DNA of 62,680 bases from positions 1 through 62,680 of IMG/VR virus record IMGVR_UViG_3300050019_000092. One strand, 5' to 3'. Positions within the stretch are counted from its first letter, which is position 1. Every line of letters starts with the position of its first letter. Source of the DNA: a virus. The notes under the pieces are model-generated. The model was not told the DNA's origin and searched no databases. It saw only the letters and a program-made list of their open reading frames with translations. Below are positions 51,668-59,785 of this stretch, one piece after another. The translations under genes were made by a program, and so were the position numbers.

Positions 51668-51889
51668 CTATTTCGGTTTGTTGGCTTCAAGAACTTGCAC
51701 GCGATGTTCGAGCGCGCTGATACGATCTTCCAACGCTATGCGCTCGCCAGCGTGACCGTCTGGATTGGCCGAACAGCACGGCCATTCAGCGTGAGATGGA
51801 TGGGTTGCTGCCATCCAAAACGAAAACATTACGATAACAATGCCTGTCAACACCCCAGTTAAAACTAGACGTGATCCTTCATCTTTCAC
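51668..51889 (-). CDS. Small membrane protein with C-terminal coiled coil (73 aa, GTG start)
   Basis: An AAGGGAGG SD lies 5 nt before the GTG. TM segment is LVLTGVLTGIVIVMFSFWMA. Confidence 0.5.
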   Translation of the reverse strand: MKDEGSRLVLTGVLTGIVIVMFSFWMAATHPSHAEWPCCSANPDGHAGERIALEDRISALEHRVQVLEANKPK

Positions 51890-51900
51890 GCGGGCCTCCC

Positions 51901-52065
51901 TTATTGTTTGAGGCCAGCGTGTAATGCGTGGGAAAGCAAGTCTGCTAGACGAGCGCGACCCCACATCTCGTCTTTAGTTTTCTGGTCTGAACCGAAAGCA
52001 ACCGACCGATCTTTAAGAGAAAGAGCTTCCTCGCGGAGATAGTCCACAACCTTTTCCCAATCCAT
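51901..52065 (-). CDS. Hypothetical protein (54 aa)
   Basis: Hand translation begins MDWEKVVDYLREEALSLKDRSVAF. Below the ORF-track cut-off. Confidence 0.4.
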   Translation of the reverse strand: MDWEKVVDYLREEALSLKDRSVAFGSDQKTKDEMWGRARLADLLSHALHAGLKQ

Positions 52066-52074
52066 CCCGCACCC

Positions 52075-52221
52075 CTATTTCGATTGCTGCTTGCGTAGAA
52101 TTTCAATGAGACGCGCATGATCTTTAATCATGTCATCTGGAAAACTCCCGCATCGTTCAATGCGATATTTCACCGCTTCCAAGAACAGGGCGTCGTCATC
52201 AAATCTTTCGCTAAGTGACAT
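52075..52221 (-). CDS. Hypothetical protein (48 aa)
   Basis: Hand translation begins MSLSERFDDDALFLEAVKYRIERCG. GGAG lies upstream. Confidence 0.4.
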   Translation of the reverse strand: MSLSERFDDDALFLEAVKYRIERCGSFPDDMIKDHARLIEILRKQQSK

Positions 52222-52307
52222 GCCGCGCTCCTTAATTGTGTGTCCGGCTTTCTTGCCCTCGCGCCGGACGGCGAGGCTTCACGCCATAAGTGAGCTATGG
52301 CTGCAAG

Positions 52308-52607
52308 TTACCTAAACATTTCAGTCGTCTTACCTTGGGCATTTTCGAGGACGCCCCAAGAGTAATGGTTGTCATCGGTAACAGCCGAATGTGGCCCGCT
52401 TCCGTCGTCATGGTTTTTAATCCGGGTACCCCCAACATAAAATTCCGGCGTGCCGTCCTCATCTTCAACGCCAACTTTCTTTTTGAACGCCTGGATGTGT
52501 TTTATGTCGCCTTCACAATGACCAATCCAAAGACCGACCGCTTCAACGATGACTGTCTTTCCTTCGGGCGGCAGCGGCCCGTTACGGTAGAGTTTCAACG
52601 TAAACAT
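52308..52607 (-). CDS. Hypothetical protein (99 aa)
   Basis: ORF track entry with a GGAGAAGAAGAT SD. Confidence 0.6.
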   Translation of the reverse strand: MFTLKLYRNGPLPPEGKTVIVEAVGLWIGHCEGDIKHIQAFKKKVGVEDEDGTPEFYVGGTRIKNHDDGSGPHSAVTDDNHYSWGVLENAQGKTTEMFR

Positions 52608-52660
52608 ATCTTCTTCTCCTGCTGCTTCTATGTCCGGAGCCGCCGGACGCGGTAAGCTCC

Positions 52661-53035
52661 CTACCTGATTAGTGTCTTGCTGGAATCAATCTCTTTTTGC
52701 GTGGCGTAGCCCCGACTTGCAGCGCGCTTAACGGCCTGCCGCTTACCTTCCTCTTGGATACGATAAATCTCACCGATGAAACTCAGCATAAACTCGTCAG
52801 CATGAACACCAGAACGATCTGGGGCAGCACCAAGCAGATTGCAAATGCGGTGCCTATCGCACCACGTCTCGCGATTGATTTCGTACCAACGCCGAGCGTA
52901 GTCTGCGACGGCATCGCCGTCAGCAGTCGGCTCGCCACAAAAATTCATATCTGCGGTGCAAACGCCTTCACCCCAATAGCCCTCGCAATACATGCGACCG
53001 CATTTAGGGCATAAGGTCTGATCTTTCTGGCGCAC
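52661..53035 (-). CDS. Hypothetical Cys-rich protein (124 aa)
   Basis: Contains CPKCGRMYC...C...C. Confidence 0.55.
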   Translation of the reverse strand: MRQKDQTLCPKCGRMYCEGYWGEGVCTADMNFCGEPTADGDAVADYARRWYEINRETWCDRHRICNLLGAAPDRSGVHADEFMLSFIGEIYRIQEEGKRQAVKRAASRGYATQKEIDSSKTLIR

Positions 53036-53050
53036 TGACGCGCTCCTTTG

Positions 53051-53236
53051 TTAATCGCCGCTTAATGGGAAACATTCCCCCTCAAGACTATCGGCGTGTT
53101 CATGCCGCTCAATCACCTTTGCGGCTTCATCAAACAGCTCGGCAAACTCGCGCGCGTCTTGCTCGCTGATGTGGACGAAGTGCGTAGCGCGGATGCACTC
53201 TGCACGGGCACGTAGCTGGTTGACTAGGACGCTCAT
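53051..53236 (-). CDS. Hypothetical protein (61 aa)
   Basis: ORF track entry. Confidence 0.5.
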   Translation of the reverse strand: MSVLVNQLRARAECIRATHFVHISEQDAREFAELFDEAAKVIERHEHADSLEGECFPLSGD

Positions 53237-53248
53237 TCAATCCGGCTC

Positions 53249-53431
53249 CTATAACGTTCCATTTAATTCGGTAATCTTGTCGCGCCACAGCTTATTGCGC
53301 TCGCGCTCTAGTTGGTAGAGTGCCTCACAAGCCGCACACCATTCATCGTGAAGGGCGTGAACTTTTGGCTTTAGCGCGTCGATCTGCTTAGTCAGCACAT
53401 CCCAAACGCATTGCTGTTCATGGTTGGTCAC
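53249..53431 (-). CDS. Hypothetical helical protein (60 aa)
   Basis: ORF track entry. Confidence 0.5.
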   Translation of the reverse strand: MTNHEQQCVWDVLTKQIDALKPKVHALHDEWCAACEALYQLERERNKLWRDKITELNGTL

Positions 53432-53442
53432 GCGCCGCGCTC

Positions 53443-53967
53443 CTATGATGCCTGAGAGGTTTTGGGAATCTTGCTAATCTCGCCAGCCGGGTAATAGGTA
53501 AAAACATTCTTGAAGGACTTACGAGCAAGATCGCTATTGTCGCCATGCCACGGCGGCACATAAGAGCAGACCGCGAATGTAGTATTTTGATCGAACTCGG
53601 CCAGCCTGTTTTCGATGAAGTCACCGATGGTCATTTCAAGGTGGATGGAATTGGAACCGCTGAACCTTGACGCAATCGGGGTCATAACATCCACCCCAAT
53701 ATATTTTTTGTGGCGCTCGAAAAACAAAGCCTGTGGAGCATAGGCACACCCAAGATCAATCACGGTCCAGTGGTTGGGAATTATCTGTGCTAGCCGTTCG
53801 TAGATACCGACGAAGCCGAGGAACGATTCGTCAATGTCGCACATGTCGGCCGCCAGCACGCGCTCAAGCTGATCGGCTGGTAGTTTTGCCAACAGCCGCG
53901 AATTGCTCGGTTCGTGTAATTCGGTGATCGTCACTGATCCGGCCCCACCGGCGTCCTGCCGGAACAT
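53443..53967 (-). CDS. Hypothetical protein with weak SAM-methyltransferase-like motifs
   Basis: VIDLGCAYAP is motif-I-like and CSYVPPWHG is PPW-like. The 5' end overlaps the upstream gene, so the start is uncertain. Confidence 0.35.
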   Translation of the reverse strand: MFRQDAGGAGSVTITELHEPSNSRLLAKLPADQLERVLAADMCDIDESFLGFVGIYERLAQIIPNHWTVIDLGCAYAPQALFFERHKKYIGVDVMTPIASRFSGSNSIHLEMTIGDFIENRLAEFDQNTTFAVCSYVPPWHGDNSDLARKSFKNVFTYYPAGEISKIPKTSQAS

Positions 53968-54457
53968 TGGTTTTCTTAAACGTGTTGTAGAGCGTTGCCT
54001 GTGGCCATCCGGTCAGATCAACCTTCTCCTTGACCGATAGCCGTTGATTACGCCAAATCCGTTCCGCCGCCCGCTTGCCTACCCGGCCATCCTTGGTGCG
54101 CTTCTCGACGCTGGCAGCCTGCATCGCCTGATACGTCTCGGACGGTCGCCGTGGCCGCAGAGCGTAGTCGAACATTGTGGCACCGTTCTGGTCGCTCCGC
54201 AGCTTTGTCTCTACGTCAAAGATCACCGCGCCCCACGAATGAACTAGCTTCTCGGCGGCGGTCCAATCGCGCTTGGCGGTTCCAAAGGCCAGCAAACCGT
54301 CCACCACACCTAGCAGCTCGCCCCTACGCATTTTGAATTTTCCGGGCGTCTCGTCCTTGTCGCCCCGGTAGATCGTTTTGACGCCAGCGGCCCGGAGTCG
54401 GCGCTCGTCCGCCGAATTGCGGGCGAAGCCCCTCGAAACCGTTATTTCCACTACCAT
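53864..54457 (-). CDS. Resolvase-like domain protein with C-terminal HTH; candidate regulator on a near-leaderless mRNA
   Basis: Overall resolvase-like pattern (LRAAGVKTIY...GELLGVVDGLLAFG...GAVIFDVE) but no clear YxRxS catalytic motif. The promoter abuts the ATG. Confidence 0.4.
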   Translation of the reverse strand: MVVEITVSRGFARNSADERRLRAAGVKTIYRGDKDETPGKFKMRRGELLGVVDGLLAFGTAKRDWTAAEKLVHSWGAVIFDVETKLRSDQNGATMFDYALRPRRPSETYQAMQAASVEKRTKDGRVGKRAAERIWRNQRLSVKEKVDLTGWPQATLYNTFKKTNVPAGRRWGRISDDHRITRTEQFAAVGKTTSRSA

Positions 54458-54464
54458 GTGAATA

Positions 54465-54493
54465 TATTTATAGAGGCTATTGTAATCTGTCAA
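54465..54493 (-). promoter_or_regulatory. Putative sigma70-type leftward promoter (TTGACA, 15-17 nt spacer, TATAAATA)
   Basis: The minus strand reads TTGACAgattacaatagcctcTATAAAtatattcacATG. Confidence 0.45.
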
Positions 54494-54594
54494 GGGCCGT
54501 GTTATGTGATTTCCTGAGATTGAGGACAACTAGCCGAGAAGGGCCGATCTTTCGGTCAACATGCGCCTCGGTGTTCAGGGGCATAGGAGCCAAG

Positions 54595-54897
54595 ATGGTA
54601 AATCATCCCAACCGAAAGAAGAACGAACGCGCCGTGCTAGTCACAACCTCTCACCGTGGCGTGTTCTTTGGCTATGCGATCAAAACAGACGGCGTAATGA
54701 TTAGGCTCCGCGCCGCTCGCAACTGCATTTCATGGCCATCTGCCAACAAGGGTTTCCTTGGGCTTGCCTTAATGGGGCCGGTTGACGGTGCTCGCGTCGG
54801 ACCGGCGGCTGACATTGAATTGCGTGATATTACCTGCGTTGCCGAGGTTACGCCTGCGGCGGCAGTAGCTTGGGAGGCTGCGCCGTGGTCCCGGTAG
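54595..54897 (+). CDS. Hypothetical protein (100 aa)
   Basis: A TAGGAGCCAAG SD precedes the ATG. Confidence 0.6.
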   Translation: MVNHPNRKKNERAVLVTTSHRGVFFGYAIKTDGVMIRLRAARNCISWPSANKGFLGLALMGPVDGARVGPAADIELRDITCVAEVTPAAAVAWEAAPWSR

Positions 54898-55481
54898 TCC
54901 TTCAAGGTAAGCTGCCGGACGCCTCCGGCGACGGCGACGGCTCCGGCGACGGCGGCGACGGCTCCGGCGACGGCTACGGCTACGGCGACGGCGACGGCTC
55001 CGGCGACGGCTCCGGCTACGGCTCCGGCGACGGCTACGGCTACGGCTACGGCGACGGCTCCGGCGACGGCTCCGCCGGCTACGGCTCCGGCTACGGCGAC
55101 GGCTCCGGCGACGGCTCCGGCTACGGCTACGGCTCCTATTGGCTTTCCTGCATAGCCTACTTTGCTACCAAGTGGAGCGATGCTGAACGCGCTCGGTTTG
55201 TCGCTGCCAAGAAACTAAAAGCCAAAATCGCCATCTGGCGATCCGACGCCAACGGCCAACCGTCAAACAACGGAGGCAAGATCGAAGCGGCCGCCCCCGG
55301 TGTCATTCACACCGCGCCAGGGCCGCTCAATCTCTGCAACAAAGGCACTCTACATGCCACGCTAATCCCTCCGAAATGGAAAGGCGAGAGATGGTGGGTG
55401 GTTGCCCTTCACGGCAAAGTCATCGGAGACGATGAGAAGTTTGGTTGTCTCAAGCGCGAGATAATCGGTGAGTGCATTTAG
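54870..55481 (+). CDS. Protein with N-terminal (G-D/S/Y) repeat tract and a conserved C-terminal domain
   Basis: About 70 residues of GDGSGYG-type repeats are followed by ...LCNKGTLHATLIPPKWKGERWWVVALHG. The start is ambiguous (TTG 54870 or GTG 54885). Confidence 0.55.
   Translation: MGGCAVVPVVLQGKLPDASGDGDGSGDGGDGSGDGYGYGDGDGSGDGSGYGSGDGYGYGYGDGSGDGSAGYGSGYGDGSGDGSGYGYGSYWLSCIAYFATKWSDAERARFVAAKKLKAKIAIWRSDANGQPSNNGGKIEAAAPGVIHTAPGPLNLCNKGTLHATLIPPKWKGERWWVVALHGKVIGDDEKFGCLKREIIGECI
54921..55136 (+). repeat. Coding micro/minisatellite built from GGC-GAC / GGC-TCC / GGC-TAC triplet units
   Basis: Read directly: ggctccggcgacggc and ggctacggc are iterated. Confidence 0.9.
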
Positions 55482-55497
55482 AACAGGAAGGGCCGCC

Positions 55498-55635
55498 ATG
55501 ACCTTTAGCGATTACCTCTTTGGCACCTTTGTCGCGATTCCGCTGGCGGCAATCTCGATAATCATCATCGTCGCTTGCTACGCCCTGCCGTTCTGGCTGA
55601 TCTATTGCTACTGCGCCGCACATCGAGGAAATTGA
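55498..55635 (+). CDS. Small membrane protein (45 aa)
   Basis: An AGGAAGGG SD is present. TM segments are FVAIPLAAISIIIIVACYALPFWLIYCY. Confidence 0.4.
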   Translation: MTFSDYLFGTFVAIPLAAISIIIIVACYALPFWLIYCYCAAHRGN

Positions 55636-55649
55636 ACAGGAAGGGCCCA

Positions 55650-56090
55650 TCAGACCTTTTTTCTGAATGGCCGCGACGGCCACCGATATTCTTCTCTCTG
55701 TGCTATCTTTGCCTTATGCCGCTTCGGGTTTCGATTGGCGGCGATCCTCTTGTTCTTCCGCACCATCCCGAGATCGCTGTGCTGTCCGTGCAGGCCGCGA
55801 ATCCTAGTCTCAATATCGTGGTCATCGTCGGCGAGGTAGACTAGGAAGTCCGGATCATTCGCTGGTGGATCACAATCGCCATTCCGCTTGCGGCGCCTAT
55901 TTACAAGAGACGGGCGATGATGCAATTCGATCTTCCGTCCGCCGAATAGCATTGCAAGATCGCTATCGAGGCGAGACTTAAGGCTGCCACCATCGATGGC
56001 TGGCATTCCACGTCCACGCAATTGCCGCTCCGCTACCTGGACGCGGACGGCGATCGGAATATGCGGCCTCGGGAGTCGGCTCACTGACAT
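55650..56090 (-). CDS. Putative HNH-like nuclease
   Basis: Contains ELHHRPSL...DPDFLVYLADDDHDIETR. The call rests on memory of similar prophage proteins. Confidence 0.45.
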   Translation of the reverse strand: MSVSRLPRPHIPIAVRVQVAERQLRGRGMPAIDGGSLKSRLDSDLAMLFGGRKIELHHRPSLVNRRRKRNGDCDPPANDPDFLVYLADDDHDIETRIRGLHGQHSDLGMVRKNKRIAANRNPKRHKAKIAQREEYRWPSRPFRKKV

Positions 56091-56263
56091 TTCTCCAAAT
56101 GTTCGCGCAAGGCGGATGCGGTCGATTTCAAAGACTCGATACGCTGGTCGATCTCAGTGGTGGACTCTCCGCGATCTGCCACCTGCTGGCGCACCTGCTT
56201 TTCGACGACGATGTCGCGCTCGATCCGCCGCAGGCGTTCCTCCATATGATCGCGCGAGGTCAT
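56081..56263 (-). CDS. Hypothetical coiled-coil protein (60 aa)
   Basis: ORF track entry. Confidence 0.5.
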   Translation of the reverse strand: MTSRDHMEERLRRIERDIVVEKQVRQQVADRGESTTEIDQRIESLKSTASALREHLEKCQ

Positions 56264-56266
56264 ATT

Positions 56267-57502
56267 CTATTTCCGCAATTCTTCGCTGCGACCGGCGAGC
56301 AGCTTTTCCAGTTCCTTGCGGCGCTGCATCGGGACACCCAAGTCATCGCGCATGTCACGTTCTCCGTCCCAGCGGGCCTCGAGGTTGTCGGCATCGGCGC
56401 CGGCGAGGATCCAGTCGCGAGCGAAGCCCCAATATTCGACGGGGGTCTTGGGCTGGCCATTGGGGGCCGCGGCCTGCTCGAGCTCGGCCTTCCGCTGGGT
56501 GGCAGACTTTTTCGGTTCTTCGGGTAGTTTTGGGTCGATTTGGGTCGATTTGGGTAAAACCTTCGCCTCGGCCTTGGGGGCTTGCAGGGTGCGTTTTGCT
56601 CGTTTTGCGGCCCGCGAGCTCGGCTTGGGGGTTTCAGCCGCTGCCTGGCGCTTGGCCTTGGGCAGCGCTGGCTTTATTTCGCGGTGGTTGCCCGCTGCCA
56701 CGTTGGCGAGCTCGGCCTCGGCATGGCCGGGCTTGTGGCCCTCGTCCCGGTTGGTGCCCTTGAGGCGCTGGTGGAGGTCTGGGCTCACCTCGGTCACGTC
56801 GATGGCGCCCTCGGGCCCGATCGGGTGCTCAATCATCTCCTCGGGAGTGTAGATGCCGAGGGTGGCGGTTGGTGCAAACATGCGAATCCAGTCGCGGCTG
56901 GTGTCGTAGAAAAGCTGGACGTCAGGCTTATCTTTCCAGAGCGGGGAGCCTTTAATCTGCCCGCGGTCGTTTGTGCTGGGCCGCGCATCCTTGAGCGTTT
57001 GCGAGGTGTGTGTGCGCTCGATGCCGTCGCTGCGCATCGTGCCTTTAATGGTGCAGGTGCGAGCGTCGCCTTCGCCCTGATATGTGACCTGCAGGTCGCC
57101 CTTGAGTTTGCCGGACTGGACCAGCAGGGCATGGAAAAGCTGGGATTCGAAGCAGAGGCGCTCGTTCTGGACGTAGGTTTTATTAGCCACCATGTACGGC
57201 GATAGGCCGGCGCGGCTTGATATATCGAGGACTGCTAGGCAATCGCCGACATTCCCGCGGAGGTGCGACGGCAGCGCATTGCGCGCCTTGGCCATGAATT
57301 GCGCAAAGTCGATCTGCTGGGCCAGAGAAATCGGGGACGCCCCAGTCGGGCCGACGGGGACGAGCTCGGCGCGGCGCGCGATCGGCGTTGGCGGTTCGTT
57401 CTCAGCGAGCGCCGGCGACGCCGCCTGTGGTTCGGGTTGTGGCTCTGGATGTGGCTGCTGCTCGGCTTGTGGTTCGTGTTCGATGGTCTTGGTGTCGGTC
57501 AT
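56267..57502 (-). CDS. RecT/Redbeta-family single-strand annealing protein (putative) with a long basic C-terminal extension
   Basis: Start chosen at the ATG after GGAGCACCC. The core reads DCLAVLDISSRAGLSPYMVANKTYV. It is adjacent to the exonuclease gene. Confidence 0.55.
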   Translation of the reverse strand: MTDTKTIEHEPQAEQQPHPEPQPEPQAASPALAENEPPTPIARRAELVPVGPTGASPISLAQQIDFAQFMAKARNALPSHLRGNVGDCLAVLDISSRAGLSPYMVANKTYVQNERLCFESQLFHALLVQSGKLKGDLQVTYQGEGDARTCTIKGTMRSDGIERTHTSQTLKDARPSTNDRGQIKGSPLWKDKPDVQLFYDTSRDWIRMFAPTATLGIYTPEEMIEHPIGPEGAIDVTEVSPDLHQRLKGTNRDEGHKPGHAEAELANVAAGNHREIKPALPKAKRQAAAETPKPSSRAAKRAKRTLQAPKAEAKVLPKSTQIDPKLPEEPKKSATQRKAELEQAAAPNGQPKTPVEYWGFARDWILAGADADNLEARWDGERDMRDDLGVPMQRRKELEKLLAGRSEELRK

Positions 57503-57513
57503 GGGTGCTCCTG

Positions 57514-58455
57514 TTAAATTCCAAACTCCAACCGTTCTTCGATGCGCTTGCGGTCGTAGTCTCCGATCTCGATGTTCTCGGCATCCTCTTTGGTGCCGCC
57601 GGGCCCGGGCCATTGGCCGGTCTTGAGGCATTGGGCGAAGGTCGCCAGTGCCGCATGGTTCTGCCGTTCGCCTAGCTGCAGGTCGTTGTCCTTCAAGGTG
57701 ACAACACGGGTGCAGTACGGTGGCTTTTTTTCGGCAAATATCAACGTAAAAGTGGGATGCGCGATCTTGAGGACACGGCGCGCGCCTTCGCAGATCAGGG
57801 ATCCTTGTTGGTGATAGCCTCTTTCGCCGATGGTGCGCACCATCTCGCGCCACATGACGCTGGTGGTGGTCTTGAGGTCGACGAAATCGCCGCTGTCGCC
57901 CGGGATGCTGTCGGGGCGGCTCTTGAGCCAGATCCCGGTTTCTTTATCAACCCAGAACAGCGATCTTTCAATTAAGCCGTTGAGGGCGCCGGCCTGGATG
58001 ATCGGGTTATTGCCGAGAGCGATCGCCATGTTCTTGAGGCTGACGACGTCGGCTTTGGTGAGTACCGCGCGGCCCTCGGCCTCGCGTACGGCATTCCATT
58101 TTTTGCACACATGGCGGGCATTGTGCCAAGGCTTGAGTACGCCATTCTCGTCCGGCCATTCCTCGGGCTGGACGGCGAATAGCTTGGAAAAGAACTTTTC
58201 TCCGAGCATCAAAAAATGCAGAGCACGCCCAACCCGGAAATGCTCGGCGTCGGGTGGGATGACCCGCTTTGGATTGCCGCGCCATTGTGAATAGAAATGG
58301 GCCGGGCTCAGGTTGAAGATGATCCGCAGGCCCGACGATGAAATGCTCGGGCCGTCGCAGATATTGTGGGCGTGGTACGTTTCAAGCGGGATATTGCCAT
58401 ACATTCCCATCTTGGTGATCTGCTTGCCGTCCCACTTGATGGTCTGGATACTCAC
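57514..58455 (-). CDS. PD-(D/E)XK recombination exonuclease (exonuclease VIII / YqaJ-like)
   Basis: Contains GDFVDLKTTTS and YHQQGSL. GTGA overlap start. Confidence 0.7.
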   Translation of the reverse strand: MSIQTIKWDGKQITKMGMYGNIPLETYHAHNICDGPSISSSGLRIIFNLSPAHFYSQWRGNPKRVIPPDAEHFRVGRALHFLMLGEKFFSKLFAVQPEEWPDENGVLKPWHNARHVCKKWNAVREAEGRAVLTKADVVSLKNMAIALGNNPIIQAGALNGLIERSLFWVDKETGIWLKSRPDSIPGDSGDFVDLKTTTSVMWREMVRTIGERGYHQQGSLICEGARRVLKIAHPTFTLIFAEKKPPYCTRVVTLKDNDLQLGERQNHAALATFAQCLKTGQWPGPGGTKEDAENIEIGDYDRKRIEERLEFGI

Positions 58456-59339
58456 CTGATCACCGTCTCTGCCCGCATCTCTACGATCGCGCCGGGCATT
58501 GCCTTCTTGTAGCTGGTGGTCTTGCCCCAAATCTTGAGCGCCTGCAGCAGGTGTTCCTCTTTGATGAAGGGCCGCAGGATGGTCATGTCTAGTTTGCTGG
58601 CGTCGGTGATTTCGATATGCGGCTTCTGCGCCATCGTGTTGAGGACGCCGCTATCGAAGCGCTCGCGCACCATCTCGGCTGGCTTCTGCAGGGATGCGAT
58701 GCGGGCATCGTCGGCTATAGTCTGTGCGATCATCGCCTCGACGCGCGCGCCCTCGGCGTTGACGGCGTGAGCCTCGGCGTTCTGTTCGTGCGCTTCGATG
58801 TTCTCCGCCTTGCGCGCGCGGGCAGCAGCCTGCTCGGCTTCGTGCTGGGCTGCGATCTCAGCCGCATGCTTGCGCGCAGCAGCATCGGCTTCTTCTCGCG
58901 CCTTCTGCAGTTCCGCCAGCCGTCGGTTTTCCTCGGCAATGCGGCGTTTCTCGTTGTAGACGTGGACGCGCGCAGTGAGGATGGCCCTGCCCTTTCTGAG
59001 TCGGTCCTGTAGGCCCTTAAAGAACTGGTCGACCGCGTTGCCGCCGCGCAGATACGGTTCCTTCTCGCGGACCCGGAATGCCTCGGCGCGGTCGTCGGCA
59101 TCGCCCATGTCCTTGACCGCCTTTGATAGCTGTTCGGAATCCTCCGGGCTCTCGACCGTGCCCGGCAGCGTCTTGGCGTGGGCGAGCATGGCGGTGACGG
59201 ACGCAGCGAGCGTGTCATAATTTGCCGCCATCTCGGCGGTGACGCGCTGGGCGTAATCGGGCGCTTGGTTCGATCCGGGGATGGCGCGCGGATTCTCGGG
59301 CGCGTCCTGCTGGAGGGTGGCTGTTTTGGGGGCGTTCAT
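58452..59339 (-). CDS. Hypothetical coiled-coil protein, first gene of the recombination operon
   Basis: ATG after GGAGCAGCCCACC. The central region is helical and rich in A/E/R. Confidence 0.6.
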   Translation of the reverse strand: MNAPKTATLQQDAPENPRAIPGSNQAPDYAQRVTAEMAANYDTLAASVTAMLAHAKTLPGTVESPEDSEQLSKAVKDMGDADDRAEAFRVREKEPYLRGGNAVDQFFKGLQDRLRKGRAILTARVHVYNEKRRIAEENRRLAELQKAREEADAAARKHAAEIAAQHEAEQAAARARKAENIEAHEQNAEAHAVNAEGARVEAMIAQTIADDARIASLQKPAEMVRERFDSGVLNTMAQKPHIEITDASKLDMTILRPFIKEEHLLQALKIWGKTTSYKKAMPGAIVEMRAETVIR

Positions 59340-59409
59340 GGTGGGCTGCTCCGGTTGTGGCGCCGGGGCGGTATCTGCCGCCCGACGCCGTGGTTCTCGA
59401 CGCGGGGCA

Positions 59410-59438
59410 ATCATCGGCCTTCATATTTCGGTTGTCAA
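59410..59438 (-). promoter_or_regulatory. Putative leftward promoter (TTGACA-N17-GATGAT) abutting the 13-nt element
   Basis: The minus strand reads GCGGGAAAACCCG-TTGACA-accgaaatatgaaggcc-GATGAT. Confidence 0.35.
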
Positions 59439-59451
59439 CGGGTTTTCCCGC
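59439..59451. promoter_or_regulatory. Copy 3 of the conserved 13-nt element CGGGTTTTCCCGC
   Basis: Exact 13-mer in the divergent gap between 59339(-) and 59489(+). The 15-mer CGGGTTTTCCCGCTT is shared with copy 2. Confidence 0.6.
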
Positions 59452-59488
59452 TTGCCTTCTCGGCAGAGGCCCTATATCTGGTAGTCCC

Positions 59489-59785
59489 ATGAAATGGGAA
59501 CCTATTATGCGTCAAAATCTGATCATTCTGGCGCGGGCCTATTGTGCCCATACCGGGATGACTTTGGGCGTGCTGTCGCGTAAGACCGCAGGCGATCCGC
59601 CGTACTTTGCCCGGCTCATTGCTCGGGAAGGCACGGTTTCTGCCCGCAAATACGACCAATTGATCGCATGGTTCGAGAAAAACTGGCCTAAAAAGGCCGA
59701 AATCCCTGATATTTGGGATGCGATGTTCTTCCCTCCCCACTCGAAAGGTAGCCAACATGGCAAAGCGAAAGAAGGCCGGCATTGA
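59489..59785 (+). CDS. Hypothetical small protein, candidate early regulator (alternative start 59507)
   Basis: First rightward gene after the control region. CTATAT at 59472-59477 would give a near-leaderless transcript. Confidence 0.5.
   Translation: MKWEPIMRQNLIILARAYCAHTGMTLGVLSRKTAGDPPYFARLIAREGTVSARKYDQLIAWFEKNWPKKAEIPDIWDAMFFPPHSKGSQHGKAKEGRH

Noticed and set aside
53864-54457. A functional serine integrase or invertase, which would imply a temperate lifestyle
   Set aside because: The protein is about 197 aa and I could not find the N-terminal YxRxS catalytic motif. I saw no attP-like repeats or invertible segment flanks nearby. It is treated as a resolvase-like regulator candidate only.
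54921-55136. CRISPR-like array (also considered for 19710-21000 and 44900-45275)
   Set aside because: The repeats are contiguous, in-frame coding repeats of 6-9 nt or 60-144 nt. There are no unique spacers of regular length, no leader and no cas genes.
56267-57853. Full-length 528-aa form of the RecT-like ORF, and similar N-terminal extensions of 57514..58530, 58452..59414 and 16546..17601
   Set aside because: The extensions are Arg/Pro-rich and overlap the upstream genes. Internal starts with SD sequences or ATGA/GTGA coupling give sensible proteins.
54540-59433. Shared 9-mer CCGAGAAGG near both divergent control regions (around 59452-59466 on the minus strand and 54533-54541 on the plus strand) as a second operator
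   Set aside because: A 9-mer is expected about once by chance in about 125 kb of two-stranded sequence, so two copies are not significant on their own.
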